Origin: a virus
Strand: one strand, 5' to 3'
Virus record (IMG/VR): IMGVR_UViG_3300020578_000037
Location: 1 to 64,000 of that record
DNA: 64,000 nucleotides
Shown: piece by piece, positions 1-10,535 of the stretch
Layout of the letters: every line of letters begins with the position of its first letter
Numbering within the stretch: the stretch's first letter is position 1
Position numbers and translations under genes: made by a program
Notes under the pieces: model-generated
Told to the model about the DNA's origin: nothing
The model's database searches: none
Seen by the model: the letters and a program-made list of their open reading frames with translations, nothing else

Positions 1-120
1 TGTCTTAGTAGGCGTTAAAGTAGGGGTTGTTGTCTTAGTAGGCGTTAAAGTAGGGGTTGTTGTCTTAGTAGGCGTTAAAGTAGGGGTACGTGTTAAAGTA
101 GGCGTTAAAGTCGGTGTTGG
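1..120. repeat. 30-bp tandem repeat TGTCTTAGTAGGCGTTAAAGTAGGGGTTGT (coding, TP linker)
   Basis: Two exact copies at 1-60, a near-complete third copy, then a degenerate one. Confidence 0.9.
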
Positions 121-1701
121 TGTCCTCGTGGTTGTCGGTGAAGGTGTTCGTGTAATTGTTCGTGTTGGGGTATTAGATGGTGTTGGATTCGGTGTAAGGG
201 TTGGCGTTGCCATCGGTGTTTCTGTAGGTGTAGGAGTAACTGTCGGAATTAAAGTATTAGTACGTGTTACAGTAGGCGTTAAGGTAGGTGTCGGAGTAGC
301 AGAAGCATTAGGTGTGGGTGTTAATGTGAGTGTTTGTGTTAAGGTAGGTGTTGAAGTACGTGTTGGTGTTAAGGAGGGCGTAGGTGTTACAGAAGCGTTA
401 GGTGTACCTGTAGGTGTACGTGTCGTTGTAGGCGTAGGTGTTAAAGTAGGTGTGTTAGTAGGTGTACGGGTGTTGGTTCTTGTTGGATCAGGGGTTCTAG
501 TTTGAGTATTAGTGGGTGTTAATGTTCGAGTTGGCGTTCCTGTTGGAGTAAACGAAGGCGTGGGTGTAACAGTTGTTCCGATAGTTGCTGTAGGCGTATT
601 TGTAGGTGTAGCTGTTCTAGTATTAGATGGCGTTGGGAATGGTGTACGCGTAGGTGTCGGTGATGGTGTATTTGTTGGTGTAGGTGTTTGTGATGAGCCT
701 ATTGTTGGTTGGGGTGTTGGTGTTCTTGTAGAAGTCGGGGTATGAGAAGGTGTTCTTGTAGGTGATAATGTGGGTGTAGGCGATACAACAGGGTCCTTAG
801 TAGGTGTAGGTGTGGGTTGTGGTACATCAGGTGTTGTTAAAAACCCTAGTAATAAAGATCCTGTATTATAATACGAAAAGGTATAGTTATCGTCTTCTAC
901 AGTAGAAAGAGTAGCGTTTTGCCCAACAAAAATAATATTAGTACTACTGCTTACATTAATACCGTTACCCGCTGACAAATAACAATTATAATAATTGTTA
1001 GGATCGAAATAATTTTCAAACGGAATACTATGTGTACCATCAATATCTAAAGTAAACGTATTTATATAAGAACCAACTATTAGATAAGAGCTTTCTGTGG
1101 TAAGAGGTATTGTTTGATCATTGCTGTTAATATTAATAATAGGAATATTAGTTTGTGTAATTGTAGGTGTTTGTGTAGGGGTTTCTGTTGGCGTCTGGGT
1201 AGGTGTCTCAGATATTGTAGGTGTTTGTGTAGGTGTTTCAGCGGGTGTATCAGAAATCGTTGGTGTAGGTGTATTTGTAGGTGTCTCAGTCGGTGTTTCA
1301 GCGGGTGTATCAGAAATCGTTGGTGTAGGTGTATTTGTAGGTGTCTCAGTCGGTGTTTCAGTCGGTGTTAAAGATATAGTAGGTGTGTTTGTTGGTGTTA
1401 TAGATATAGTAGGTGTATTACTAGGTGTTATAGATATAGTAGGTGTATTACTAGGTGTTAAAGATATAGTAGGTGTGTTTGTTGGTGTTATAGATATAGT
1501 AGGTGTGTTTGTTGGTGTTACACCTATAATAGAATTTTCTAATTTTAGATAATATGTATTTTCACCCAAACCGTCATCAAGTTTTACTTTTAAATAAAAA
1601 TTTGTTCCGTCAAATGCATAGCTGCTTCCATAAGCACTTAATGAATCAGAAAATGCAGTGCCGCCTGAAAAAATTTGTTGTTTTAAATAATATTCACTCA
1701 T
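1..1701 (-). CDS. Thr/Pro-rich (mucin-like) virion protein, partial (runs off window start; absent from ORF track)
   Basis: Hand translation from ATG at 1701, abutting the upstream stop: MSEYYLKQQIFSGGTAFSDSLSAYGSSYAFDG...[16 protein letters not shown]..., a small globular segment (~840-1150), then TP repeats to the window edge; no stop seen in the stretches read. Confidence 0.85.
   Translation of the reverse strand, partial: MSEYYLKQQIFSGGTAFSDSLSAYGSSYAFDGTNFYLKVKLDDGLGENTYYLKLENSIIGVTPTNTPTISITPTNTPTISLTPSNTPTISITPSNTPTISITPTNTPTISLTPTETPTETPTNTPTPTISDTPAETPTETPTNTPTPTISDTPAETPTQTPTISETPTQTPTETPTQTPTITQTNIPIININSNDQTIPLTTESSYLIVGSYINTFTLDIDGTHSIPFENYFDPNNYYNCYLSAGNGINVSSSTNIIFVGQNATLSTVEDDNYTFSYYNTGSLLLGFLTTPDVPQPTPTPTKDPVVSPTPTLSPTRTPSHTPTSTRTPTPQPTIGSSQTPTPTNTPSPTPTRTPFPTPSNTRTATPTNTPTATIGTTVTPTPSFTPTGTPTRTLTPTNTQTRTPDPTRTNTRTPTNTPTLTPTPTTTRTPTGTPNASVTPTPSLTPTRTSTPTLTQTLTLTPTPNASATPTPTLTPTVTRTNTLIPTVTPTPTETPMATPTLTPNPTPSNTPTRTITRTPSPTTTRTPTPTLTPTLTRTPTLTPTKTTTPTLTPTKTTTPTLTPTKT
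1201..1520. repeat. 60-bp and 30-bp coding tandem repeats (TPTISDTPAETP / TPTISITP units)
   Basis: 60-bp period at ~1230-1360; 30-bp period GGTGTTA(T/A)AGATATAGTAGGTGT at ~1364-1520. Confidence 0.85.
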
Positions 1702-2589
1702 TTAAAAATCCCAAAGTCGTAAAGCACGATTTGCTCCGTTAATATTTACAACCAAAAAGTCACCTGATGCGGTTACACTAGGTAAAGACGTTACATTTGC
1801 ATTTGTAAGTGTGACGTCCGCGGCACTTAAACCACCTATTCCGCTTAATGACGCTCCTACAAAAACTCCATCTGTTCTTAATATACCTACATCGGTTCTA
1901 TATAAATTTGTGTCGTATGAACCGTTACTTATACCAAAAACAATAGCAGTCTCAGAACTGTCTCCTATACGAACATTGCCTCTAAATGTATTAGTGGTCG
2001 TCTTATCTCTGCCTAATGTGCTGTTTCCTATAATAGTAAGATTACCGCGTGCACTAATATTTCCTAAAACAGTAAAAGCTTCGTTAGGTTCATCAACATT
2101 TATACCTACTTTCCCATCTTCGCTAACTACAAATGCTGTAGCACTAGCGGGGTCACCAATGGTTGTTGCATCAAAAAGATAAATACCGCTTAACGAAAAA
2201 ACATTAAATGAATCATCTGCAAAAGACTGACTATTATACCTATTTGTTCCATATGGGTGATTGTTGTAAACGACACTATTAAAATTAATAGGGTTTGCAT
2301 TTTCACCTATTGCAAGAGAGTTTTGCTTGCTATATGTTACTATTCTTGGTGTATCGTAAGACCATACTCTCCACCCTGAAAGACTGTTATTATTATTAGA
2401 TAAAAGAAAATATCTATAACCTTCGTCTAATAAACTTTCGTTTTTTACACCTGCGGGACCTGGTACACCTAAATTTGGCTCTGCATTTTGTAGATTTAAG
2501 AACCCGTAGCGAGAAGAAAGAGCTTCAACTGGTGTTCTTGTTCTGACTTTACCAGTAATGGTTTGAGGTGAGGTACCATATGAAGCCAT
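1702..2589 (-). CDS. Putative tail fibre / virion structural protein
   Basis: 295 aa; DGKVGINVDEPNEAFTVLGNISA motif typical of fibre shafts; structural gene context. Confidence 0.55.
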   Translation of the reverse strand: MASYGTSPQTITGKVRTRTPVEALSSRYGFLNLQNAEPNLGVPGPAGVKNESLLDEGYRYFLLSNNNNSLSGWRVWSYDTPRIVTYSKQNSLAIGENANPINFNSVVYNNHPYGTNRYNSQSFADDSFNVFSLSGIYLFDATTIGDPASATAFVVSEDGKVGINVDEPNEAFTVLGNISARGNLTIIGNSTLGRDKTTTNTFRGNVRIGDSSETAIVFGISNGSYDTNLYRTDVGILRTDGVFVGASLSGIGGLSAADVTLTNANVTSLPSVTASGDFLVVNINGANRALRLWDF

Positions 2590-2591
2590 AA

Positions 2592-2954
2592 TTAGACAAT
2601 GGTATTAATTGTTTCCAGTAAAGCTACATTTAGTATTAAGGTGTTTGGTGATGTACAGGAAGCAATAAGGGCATCATATTGATTTAAAACAAACTTAGAT
2701 GGAAACATATTAGTTGTATCTGAACCTGATACTAAGATACCTTTAGCATAATCGTAATAAGGTATAGTAGGTACAAACTGTGCGCCAATACCTGAGACAC
2801 CTATAGTTATGGTTGTATCATTTTGTGTTAAATTCGTTGCATAGCAAGCTAATATAATTGCAGCTCTATCAAAAGGAGCAGTGTACAAAATAGTAGGAGT
2901 CGTATTTAATGTAAAGACTTGTCTCTTAAAATAATTTAAAGGTATATCAGCCAT
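2592..2954 (-). CDS. Small beta-rich virion structural protein
   Basis: 120 aa; late-type TAAATA motif 5 nt upstream; between fibre-like genes. Confidence 0.55.
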   Translation of the reverse strand: MADIPLNYFKRQVFTLNTTPTILYTAPFDRAAIILACYATNLTQNDTTITIGVSGIGAQFVPTIPYYDYAKGILVSGSDTTNMFPSKFVLNQYDALIASCTSPNTLILNVALLETINTIV

Positions 2955-2962
2955 AATATTAT

Positions 2963-5900
2963 TTAATCTAGACTTAGTATTAAAGGTGTGACTAAAGCAA
3001 GAATTGACTTGTTAAAGTCAACACCTTCAACTGTTCCTTTTTCTTGTACAATACTAAAGCCACCTCCTACTTTGAAGTCGCCCCTTTCGTTTGTACTTGA
3101 ATAATAAACTATTCCGTTTCTTGAAAATACAGCTTCATCATCATTCTTCGGCCTACCACCTAATGATGGAACAGCTAATTCTAGATCAACACCAGTACCT
3201 ATATATTCAAATGCATGTGAAGATGTGGCAATTAGACTTCTTAAAAAGAACCTTACATATTTTGGTTCTACTATAGATGCTGTCAATGGAGCCTGTATAT
3301 TTGATTCTAACGTTAGTCTATAAGTGTAGGGTGGATATGGTGCTCCTAATGCGCTTACAGCTTTAATTCCGTGGTATTTGACTTCAGAATCCGGATTTAA
3401 GAATTCATCAAATTCACTGGCAGGGTCATCTTCTACTCTAACTAAAAGACCATTGTACGGTTCTAGTACCGGAATTCCTTCTAATTCTATTCCAGATTGT
3501 AAGGCTGCTACAAAAGCAGATAAAGGTTTGGGTGTAACACCTTGTACAATTAAGAAGTTTTCAGCTAGTGGTGTTGTTTCATATTGATATCCAGTAAGTA
3601 GAGGGAATTTAGATTTACCATCTGCTACTAATCCAGAGAGACCGAAAGAACAATTTGAAGTACTAATACTGCACTGACCACCGTTTTCAGTAAATATACC
3701 TTCAGTAGTACAAATTGTAAATGTGCTTACTAACTGTGCATAACCGCAATTTATAATATGTATACCTTTTCCTCCTGCATTAAATTGTGTGAAGGAATCA
3801 GTAACAAAACTTCTTAAAAACCCTAAAGCGAGCTCACCGTCAACTCTAATACCACAACCTGCATCGATACGCTCTACTGGTTTATTTTCTATAATATATT
3901 TTGAAAGATACTTTGCATAATTAATTGCAGCGATTGTTTCGTATTTCTGATTACCAGGTAAAGCACCGTTAAGATAAAATGCACCTGCGGAAATAGAGCT
4001 TAAATCTGTCCCGTTAGTGATATCGTAAACAACAGAATCGACTATAAAGCCTACATCTCTTTCGCATTTAACTTTATCGTATACAAAAGCGGGATACGCT
4101 TTATCCATATATTCAATAACCTCTTTTTGTAAGAATACTTTATTAAGAGATAATAATGAGGCTGCATCGTATCTTGAAGGTATGGGTTTATTTTGAACAA
4201 TATTCTGGGACATTAAGTTTGCATAGCCTAAGGCAGCAGATGTCTCTTTTTGCTGTCCTTTTACTCTTGAAACTGTTCCGTTGTAATAGAAGCTAGCAAC
4301 TACTGTTGAGCTCAAGTAATTACCTGTTGTAACATCTGTAGCTACTGCATCGGTAATAAATCCTACATCTCTATAGCATTTAGCAACATCGTATTCAAAA
4401 TCCGGATAAGTTATATTTACATAATTTATAACCTCACCTTGTAATAGCTGCTTATTGTTAACTAGAAGATAGTTTGCGCTCGATCCACCGGGAACTGGTA
4501 CTGTAAATGTCGCAGGCGATGGTGTATATGACCCTATACCATTTAATATTGTACCAGAAATTAACGTATATGCAGTTGTAAGTTCATTAGATACATCTTT
4601 TCCGTTAGTTTTAGTCAAATCAAATGTCTGGCCGAAAATCGATTTTTGTTGATTCTTAATGCAAATAACAGCTAAATCTCGAGCAAAATTTAATGCGGCA
4701 ACTGTAGGTATTTCTTGACCAGTTATAATAGTGCCCCCGTTACCGTCAAGGTAATATTCACCCGCTTGAACACTACTCAAATTAGTACCATTAGTAATAT
4801 CGTAATTTACGCAATCAATAATTAACCCGACATCACGTTTGCATTTTTCAACATTATATTTAAAGTCTGGAAATACTCTATCAAGATACTTGATAGTAAG
4901 TCTTTTGATATATTCTTTATTTGCAGTTAAAAGATAACTTGCATCTGCAGCACCAGGAACTGGTCCAGTAGGTGGTGTAATAGCAGGTATTACACTACCT
5001 GCACTGCTAATAATAATTGATACGGTATCAAATGAATCAATTACATATTGTGCGGCGGGGGCGCCTCCATTATGCGTATTATCTGTAAATTGTACTGCTG
5101 GTAGCTCGCCTGTTAAAATAATTTTTGTAACATTGTCGTACGAATCATCCATATCTTGTCTGCTAAATACACCGGAAGAAAGGAAAGGGGAGAAAGATTG
5201 AGATGTGACTGCTATGGTATTGGTAATTGCTTTTTGTGTTAAAAAGTTTGCGTAGTTTAGAGCAGCAATAGTTTGAATTTCCTGACCGAGAATTAAGCTC
5301 TTATTGTTTGCAGTATAATATTTGCTACCAGCATTTATAGAGCATAAAGTGTTATGATTAGTAATATCTTCTGATATTACATCTAATATAAGACCGACAT
5401 CCCTCTCACATAATTCTTGATTGTAAGCAAAACCTGGAAATGTTTTATTAACATATTGTACAACTGTTTTTTGAATAAAGGGTTTATTTAGATTGATAAG
5501 GGAAACGGCATCAGGAGAGCCTGCTGTAACTGGTAAGCTTATAGGAGCAGGTAAATTACCTATACCTGTTTTTATTATATTATTAATCACACCAAAGCAT
5601 GTAGTGATATTAGATCCTTCTAGCCCGCCAGATGTTTTAGTTAAATCAAACCTTTGTTCATACCAAGGATAAATTCTATTTTGTGTAACATATAAGCAGA
5701 GTTCGCTTGCAAATTTTATTGCATCGATTGTTTGTAATTGTTGCCCGGGTATTCTAGATGAACCGCCTGTGCCATTAAAATAGAGATTGCCAGTGTCAAC
5801 CGCGCTTAAATTAGTGCCTTCTGTCAAATCGTAAATAAGTGCATCTATCAGAAACCCTACATCGCGGTAACATTTTGCTTGATCGTATGCAAAAATAGGG

Positions 5901-7189
5901 TATTTATCATTAACATATCTTATAACAGCATCTTGAATTACACTTCTGTTTGTAACTAAAAGCGCTATAGCGTCAGTTGCACCGGGTCTTAACCCAGCAA
6001 ACGGTTCAATTGGAGGTAACGGATTATTACCATTTTGAATAATGTTTATTACAGTATTAAAATCACTGACTATGTAAGAAGATACTAGGTATCCATCTGT
6101 TCTACTTAAATCTACTGATTGCGCTCCAGGTTGGATATAGCTTGGATATAAATCTGGTTGAATAGGTACTACTTGATATTTAGTAATAGAGCTCATACCC
6201 TGTGTATAAGGACTCGTAGTAATAAACGGTTTCGAAACAATAGGTAATCCAAACGCCCCGCCGGGCTTTGTAGTGTCTATTTCGTATCCAGGTGTATTAA
6301 AAGCTATTTGATAAGCAGGGGTGCTAGAAAGAAGATTTGGAAATGCGGTTGCGGCGCAAGGAGCCCAGGTGTCTCTAAAAGTAAATCCCCAAAGATAGCA
6401 AGCATTATTAAGCCAAAAAAAGTCGAGTTGTTTATGATAGGGTCTTAAAATATTTCGTCTTAAAAATGCATTACCAATAATAGAAGTACCAGCGGGAATA
6501 TATATTGGATTTATTTCTGTATAATCACCTGCTTCAACTTGAATTGTGCATTTATTAACACCGTAGACATCAAAAGCAATTTTAGCTGCTTTTTTAATCG
6601 TGCGTACTTTTTGTGAAGGATTTAAGCCTGAGTTAGTATCTGAGCCTGTGGTACTAACATAAATCGTATTTGCATCTGGTCTTTCATAAATAAATGCTCT
6701 GTTTGAATACGCATTTCCGTTGATAGTAACCTGCATTGGTACATCTGTTTTAACAGCGGGGTCATATTTTGAAGCTGTTTCTGTACCAGCAATAACAATT
6801 CTGCCTTCATTACCAATAAATAGCGCATCTCGCCCTTCACCTGTTGCATCACCATCTATAAAATGTGCAATAGGAGTTTCGCCATACTGCACTACTGTTA
6901 ATGCTGTTTCTGTTCCGTGATTAACGACTGAAAGAGCGCTCGTTACAGATACTATAGTGTCTAAATACGTAAGGGCACCTAAAACAGATAAATTTCCTTG
7001 TATAGTAGTATCACCATCTATGTAAGCATTTTTACGCGCACTTAAACTACCAGTTAATATAAAATCACCAATAAAAGGTTCTTCAGCCGACGCAATGGGG
7101 TCTGTTGCTGAATCAGGGTAACCACTTGATGGCAAAGAATGGTGATTTCTTCTATGCCATTTATTATGAAAGCGTGCATTACCGGCCAT
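2963..7189 (-). CDS. Large virion structural protein: IYVSTTGSD (DUF1565/beta-helix entry-like) motif plus five helical C-x-R-D repeats
   Basis: 1408 aa; IYVSTTGSDTNSG...TIKKA...GDYTE; repeats KCYRDVG, LCERDVG, KCKRDVG, KCYRDVG, KCERDVG. Confidence 0.7.
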   Translation of the reverse strand: MAGNARFHNKWHRRNHHSLPSSGYPDSATDPIASAEEPFIGDFILTGSLSARKNAYIDGDTTIQGNLSVLGALTYLDTIVSVTSALSVVNHGTETALTVVQYGETPIAHFIDGDATGEGRDALFIGNEGRIVIAGTETASKYDPAVKTDVPMQVTINGNAYSNRAFIYERPDANTIYVSTTGSDTNSGLNPSQKVRTIKKAAKIAFDVYGVNKCTIQVEAGDYTEINPIYIPAGTSIIGNAFLRRNILRPYHKQLDFFWLNNACYLWGFTFRDTWAPCAATAFPNLLSSTPAYQIAFNTPGYEIDTTKPGGAFGLPIVSKPFITTSPYTQGMSSITKYQVVPIQPDLYPSYIQPGAQSVDLSRTDGYLVSSYIVSDFNTVINIIQNGNNPLPPIEPFAGLRPGATDAIALLVTNRSVIQDAVIRYVNDKYPIFAYDQAKCYRDVGFLIDALIYDLTEGTNLSAVDTGNLYFNGTGGSSRIPGQQLQTIDAIKFASELCLYVTQNRIYPWYEQRFDLTKTSGGLEGSNITTCFGVINNIIKTGIGNLPAPISLPVTAGSPDAVSLINLNKPFIQKTVVQYVNKTFPGFAYNQELCERDVGLILDVISEDITNHNTLCSINAGSKYYTANNKSLILGQEIQTIAALNYANFLTQKAITNTIAVTSQSFSPFLSSGVFSRQDMDDSYDNVTKIILTGELPAVQFTDNTHNGGAPAAQYVIDSFDTVSIIISSAGSVIPAITPPTGPVPGAADASYLLTANKEYIKRLTIKYLDRVFPDFKYNVEKCKRDVGLIIDCVNYDITNGTNLSSVQAGEYYLDGNGGTIITGQEIPTVAALNFARDLAVICIKNQQKSIFGQTFDLTKTNGKDVSNELTTAYTLISGTILNGIGSYTPSPATFTVPVPGGSSANYLLVNNKQLLQGEVINYVNITYPDFEYDVAKCYRDVGFITDAVATDVTTGNYLSSTVVASFYYNGTVSRVKGQQKETSAALGYANLMSQNIVQNKPIPSRYDAASLLSLNKVFLQKEVIEYMDKAYPAFVYDKVKCERDVGFIVDSVVYDITNGTDLSSISAGAFYLNGALPGNQKYETIAAINYAKYLSKYIIENKPVERIDAGCGIRVDGELALGFLRSFVTDSFTQFNAGGKGIHIINCGYAQLVSTFTICTTEGIFTENGGQCSISTSNCSFGLSGLVADGKSKFPLLTGYQYETTPLAENFLIVQGVTPKPLSAFVAALQSGIELEGIPVLEPYNGLLVRVEDDPASEFDEFLNPDSEVKYHGIKAVSALGAPYPPYTYRLTLESNIQAPLTASIVEPKYVRFFLRSLIATSSHAFEYIGTGVDLELAVPSLGGRPKNDDEAVFSRNGIVYYSSTNERGDFKVGGGFSIVQEKGTVEGVDFNKSILALVTPLILSLD

Positions 7190-7239
7190 ATATATTATTT
7201 ATGGTAAAATAACTAAATTATTAATTGTGACACTACGAT

Positions 7240-8925
7240 TTATCCCCCTGGCCATGCATCATCTGCAGGGAATACCCAATTTAAGTCGCCATCAGGGCTA
7301 AGCTCAAATTTACCATAATAAATCGTAGAAGACCCTTGTAATAGGATGCCAAAATAATTTCCATTGCGAGCGGTAAAGTAATCTAACCTACCAATTTCAA
7401 CACCTAAGCTAGGAATGTATATTCCTACAGCAGCTGCGCCGCCGCCCTCGCCACTACCTATACTATTATAATAAAGTGTAAATCCTGTACTGTTTCCAGT
7501 AGATGAAATTGTAATTGCGTTTACTCCTGTGCCTACAGTTATTGTAGGGTTTATAGATCCGGAATTCGGCGGTACAAATACAGTTGCCGTGAGTACTGGC
7601 TGTCTTGTGGGTGTTACGGTTGCTGTAGGTGTATTTGTCGATGTTGTTGTAGGTGTGACTGTTCTTGTAGGCGTACTGGTGGATGTCCTTGTTTGGGTCA
7701 CAGTAGATGTAGGTGTACTAGTGGTTGTCCTGGTAACTGTAGGTGTAACTGTAGCTGTTGCAGTGCTAGTAGGTGTATTAGTAGGTGTAACGGTAACTGT
7801 TGCAGTGCTAGTAGGTGTATTAGTAGGTGTAACGGTAACTGTAGGTGTAACTGTAGCTGTTGCAGTGTTAGTAGGTGTATTAGTAGGTGTAACGGTAGCT
7901 GTTTCTGTAGGTGTAAAGGTAGGTGTAGGAGTAGTTGTAGGTGTTCTTGTTACCGTACTAGTAGGTGTTCTTGTAGGAGTGGGTGGCGGTGTCCTTGTGG
8001 GTGTGGGTGTAGAGGTATTAGTTGGTGTGTTAGTTGGTGTATTAGTAGGTGTAGCCGTCCTTGTAGGTGTTGATGTTTGCGTAGGTGTTTGAGTTGCTGT
8101 AGGTGTTGCAGTAGAAGTTGGTGTAGGTGTATTTGTCTTAGTAGGTGTTGCAGTAGGAGTTTGCGTCGATGTTGGTGTAGGTGTAGGTGTAAATGTTGTT
8201 GTTGGTGTTGGTGTCGGTGCAGGTGTGCTAGTGGCTGTTCTAGTAGGTGTAATTGTAGGTGTATTTGAAGGTGTTCTTGTAGGTGAAACAGTCTGAGTAG
8301 GTTCTGGTGTATTAGCTGGTGTTTCGGAAGGTGTAGTAGTAAATGTAGGTGTTGGTGTGTTAGTTATACCTTCAGTACAAGTTGGTGTCTGGGTTACTGT
8401 ATTAGTAGGTGTATTAGAGGGTGTTACGGTATTTGTACGAGTATTAGTGGGTGTAAAGGTAGGTGTATTAGAGCCTGTAGGAGTAATTTCTGGTGTACTT
8501 GTAGGTGTTACAGAGTTTGTCGGTGTTAGAGAAATAGTAGGTGTGTTTGTCGGTGTTAGAGAAATAGTAGGTGTGTTTGAAGGTGTTGGCGTTAATGTAC
8601 CAACAGGTGTTTCTGTAGGCGTATTTGTAGGTGTGTTAGATATAGTAACTGAATTAGTAGGTGTACGGGTGTTAGTAGGTGTGTTAGTAGGTGTACGGGT
8701 GTTGGTAGGTGTGTTAGTAGGTGTACGGGTGTTGGTAGGTGTAAAGGTAGGTGTGCGGGTATTAGTAGGAGTTACATCGGGTGTTCTTGTAGGTGTAGGG
8801 GAAGGAGGGGCTGTTTGAGTAACAGAAGGTGTAGGAGACGGTCCTGGGGTTTCAGTAGGTAGTACAGGCGTAACAGGTATTACTGCTTTTATCTTATTTA
8901 CTCTGAATACGTATTTCTGTGGCAT
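7240..8925 (-). CDS. Thr/Pro-rich mucin-like virion protein with small C-terminal globular domain
   Basis: 561 aa, ~420 aa of TPT repeats; TAAATA 5 nt upstream. Confidence 0.8.
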   Translation of the reverse strand: MPQKYVFRVNKIKAVIPVTPVLPTETPGPSPTPSVTQTAPPSPTPTRTPDVTPTNTRTPTFTPTNTRTPTNTPTNTRTPTNTPTNTRTPTNSVTISNTPTNTPTETPVGTLTPTPSNTPTISLTPTNTPTISLTPTNSVTPTSTPEITPTGSNTPTFTPTNTRTNTVTPSNTPTNTVTQTPTCTEGITNTPTPTFTTTPSETPANTPEPTQTVSPTRTPSNTPTITPTRTATSTPAPTPTPTTTFTPTPTPTSTQTPTATPTKTNTPTPTSTATPTATQTPTQTSTPTRTATPTNTPTNTPTNTSTPTPTRTPPPTPTRTPTSTVTRTPTTTPTPTFTPTETATVTPTNTPTNTATATVTPTVTVTPTNTPTSTATVTVTPTNTPTSTATATVTPTVTRTTTSTPTSTVTQTRTSTSTPTRTVTPTTTSTNTPTATVTPTRQPVLTATVFVPPNSGSINPTITVGTGVNAITISSTGNSTGFTLYYNSIGSGEGGGAAAVGIYIPSLGVEIGRLDYFTARNGNYFGILLQGSSTIYYGKFELSPDGDLNWVFPADDAWPGG

Positions 8926-8933
8926 TGAAGTAT

Positions 8934-10535
8934 TTAATTTAAGGTTACTATAGTTGAAGTATTAGGGGCGCTTAAAATATCTGCTTTAAGTACATCTAAT
9001 AATAATTGCTGGATATTATATATTTTTTCTAAAGATCTATTTAAAATACTACTACTTACTATTTCATTTACTCCGATATAAAAATCTAAATCTTGCCCAA
9101 AATAAATTGAATCTAATTCATCAGGCAAAAGATATCTAGTACCGTCAAATACGATATTATCTCTAGAATCTCTTAATGCAATAAACTTGCCAACTATTTG
9201 ATCTCTTAAGCGCATATGGTTAATAATAATTTTAGAAATATTTTTATTAATTACCCAATTTTGCAGATACTCATCTTTGTTAAAGTTTATATCGAAAGAA
9301 CTATAAACATCAAAAGTGCGTTCAGCGAGTACATCAAATAAATTAAGGTTATCAAAAAAATAACTTATTTTACCAATTTTATTGCCTGAAGTAGACGCTA
9401 TTAAATTTATATCTCCTGTGTCAGTTGCAGCTGACCCTAAAGCCCCTATTTGTTCTACTGTTGTATCGTATTTGTGTAGATAGAATAAGTACTTACCAAC
9501 AATTTGATTTGCGCTTGTAACAAATTTTTTATATACGTTTTTATTTGAATATAAATAAAAAACATTATTGTCAAATTTCGAAAAAACGATCTTTTTAAAA
9601 GTCTCGTTTTCATTTAGTCCTGATAGACTAATAATTTGCAAATTACTTACATTATTATCATAGAGGTATATTTTATTAGTAGTTGTAAGTATATATAAAT
9701 TACCTGTATTATCCGATGCTATATCAATTGGATAATTATTGAGAAAATCTTTATACAGTCTATATGTTTGCTGCCAGTTTAAATTAATATCGTATTTTTT
9801 AATACTACTGTTACCTGAATCTAGTAAATAAATTTCATTATTATAAACAGTAACAGCGTGAGGATTATTAAATTCAGTTTTTGAATTAAATGAACCAAAA
9901 TTACCTATTGAATCCATAAAATAAAGTTTATTTCTTTTTGTGATTTCATTAGTAGTAAATCCACTTGCATCATACTTTATGAGTCTATTGAGTCCCTTAT
10001 CTAAAACGAACAAGAATGTGCTTGTTTGCGCAAAATCTGTTATTTGAGAGTATTTAACATTGAAAGTAGGTACAACGACATCCTGAAAATAAGAGCTATT
10101 TATATAAGTTGCGTTTTTATCGAAATTTAATGCTCTTATAGCTGAGCCGCTTGTAACAAATGCAGTATATTGATTTATATCTGCGTTTTTTACTACCAAC
10201 ATTTCAGAAACGTTATTAATATCGGGGTATGCAGTTATATAAACAAATTGCGAGGTACTTATATTATTATACCAAGTAAATTCTTCGGAATTAGACGTTA
10301 CACCAGCCATCGCTGTAGATGAAACAGGTACTATGTTAGAGGCAATTATTGAATTTTTATAAAGATATAAAAAATTATCGTATAAATGATTAAATTTTAG
10401 GTTAAGAATTTCATTAGATACAGTTTCGTTGGCTTGTATCTTAATTTCGTTTAAATTATAGGGAAGAGTAATTTTAGAAAACAGATGTCTATCGTAGATT
10501 TGTCCTTTGTTGTTAAAAATTTCTAATATATTCAT
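8934..10535 (-). CDS. Beta-propeller (NHL-like) structural protein
   Basis: 533 aa; [24 protein letters not shown] and [16 protein letters not shown] blades. Confidence 0.6.
   Translation of the reverse strand: MNILEIFNNKGQIYDRHLFSKITLPYNLNEIKIQANETVSNEILNLKFNHLYDNFLYLYKNSIIASNIVPVSSTAMAGVTSNSEEFTWYNNISTSQFVYITAYPDINNVSEMLVVKNADINQYTAFVTSGSAIRALNFDKNATYINSSYFQDVVVPTFNVKYSQITDFAQTSTFLFVLDKGLNRLIKYDASGFTTNEITKRNKLYFMDSIGNFGSFNSKTEFNNPHAVTVYNNEIYLLDSGNSSIKKYDINLNWQQTYRLYKDFLNNYPIDIASDNTGNLYILTTTNKIYLYDNNVSNLQIISLSGLNENETFKKIVFSKFDNNVFYLYSNKNVYKKFVTSANQIVGKYLFYLHKYDTTVEQIGALGSAATDTGDINLIASTSGNKIGKISYFFDNLNLFDVLAERTFDVYSSFDINFNKDEYLQNWVINKNISKIIINHMRLRDQIVGKFIALRDSRDNIVFDGTRYLLPDELDSIYFGQDLDFYIGVNEIVSSSILNRSLEKIYNIQQLLLDVLKADILSAPNTSTIVTLN

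Noticed and set aside
1-120. 30-bp direct repeats resembling a CRISPR array
   Set aside because: Head-to-tail with no spacers, in frame within a coding TP linker; no cas genes seen
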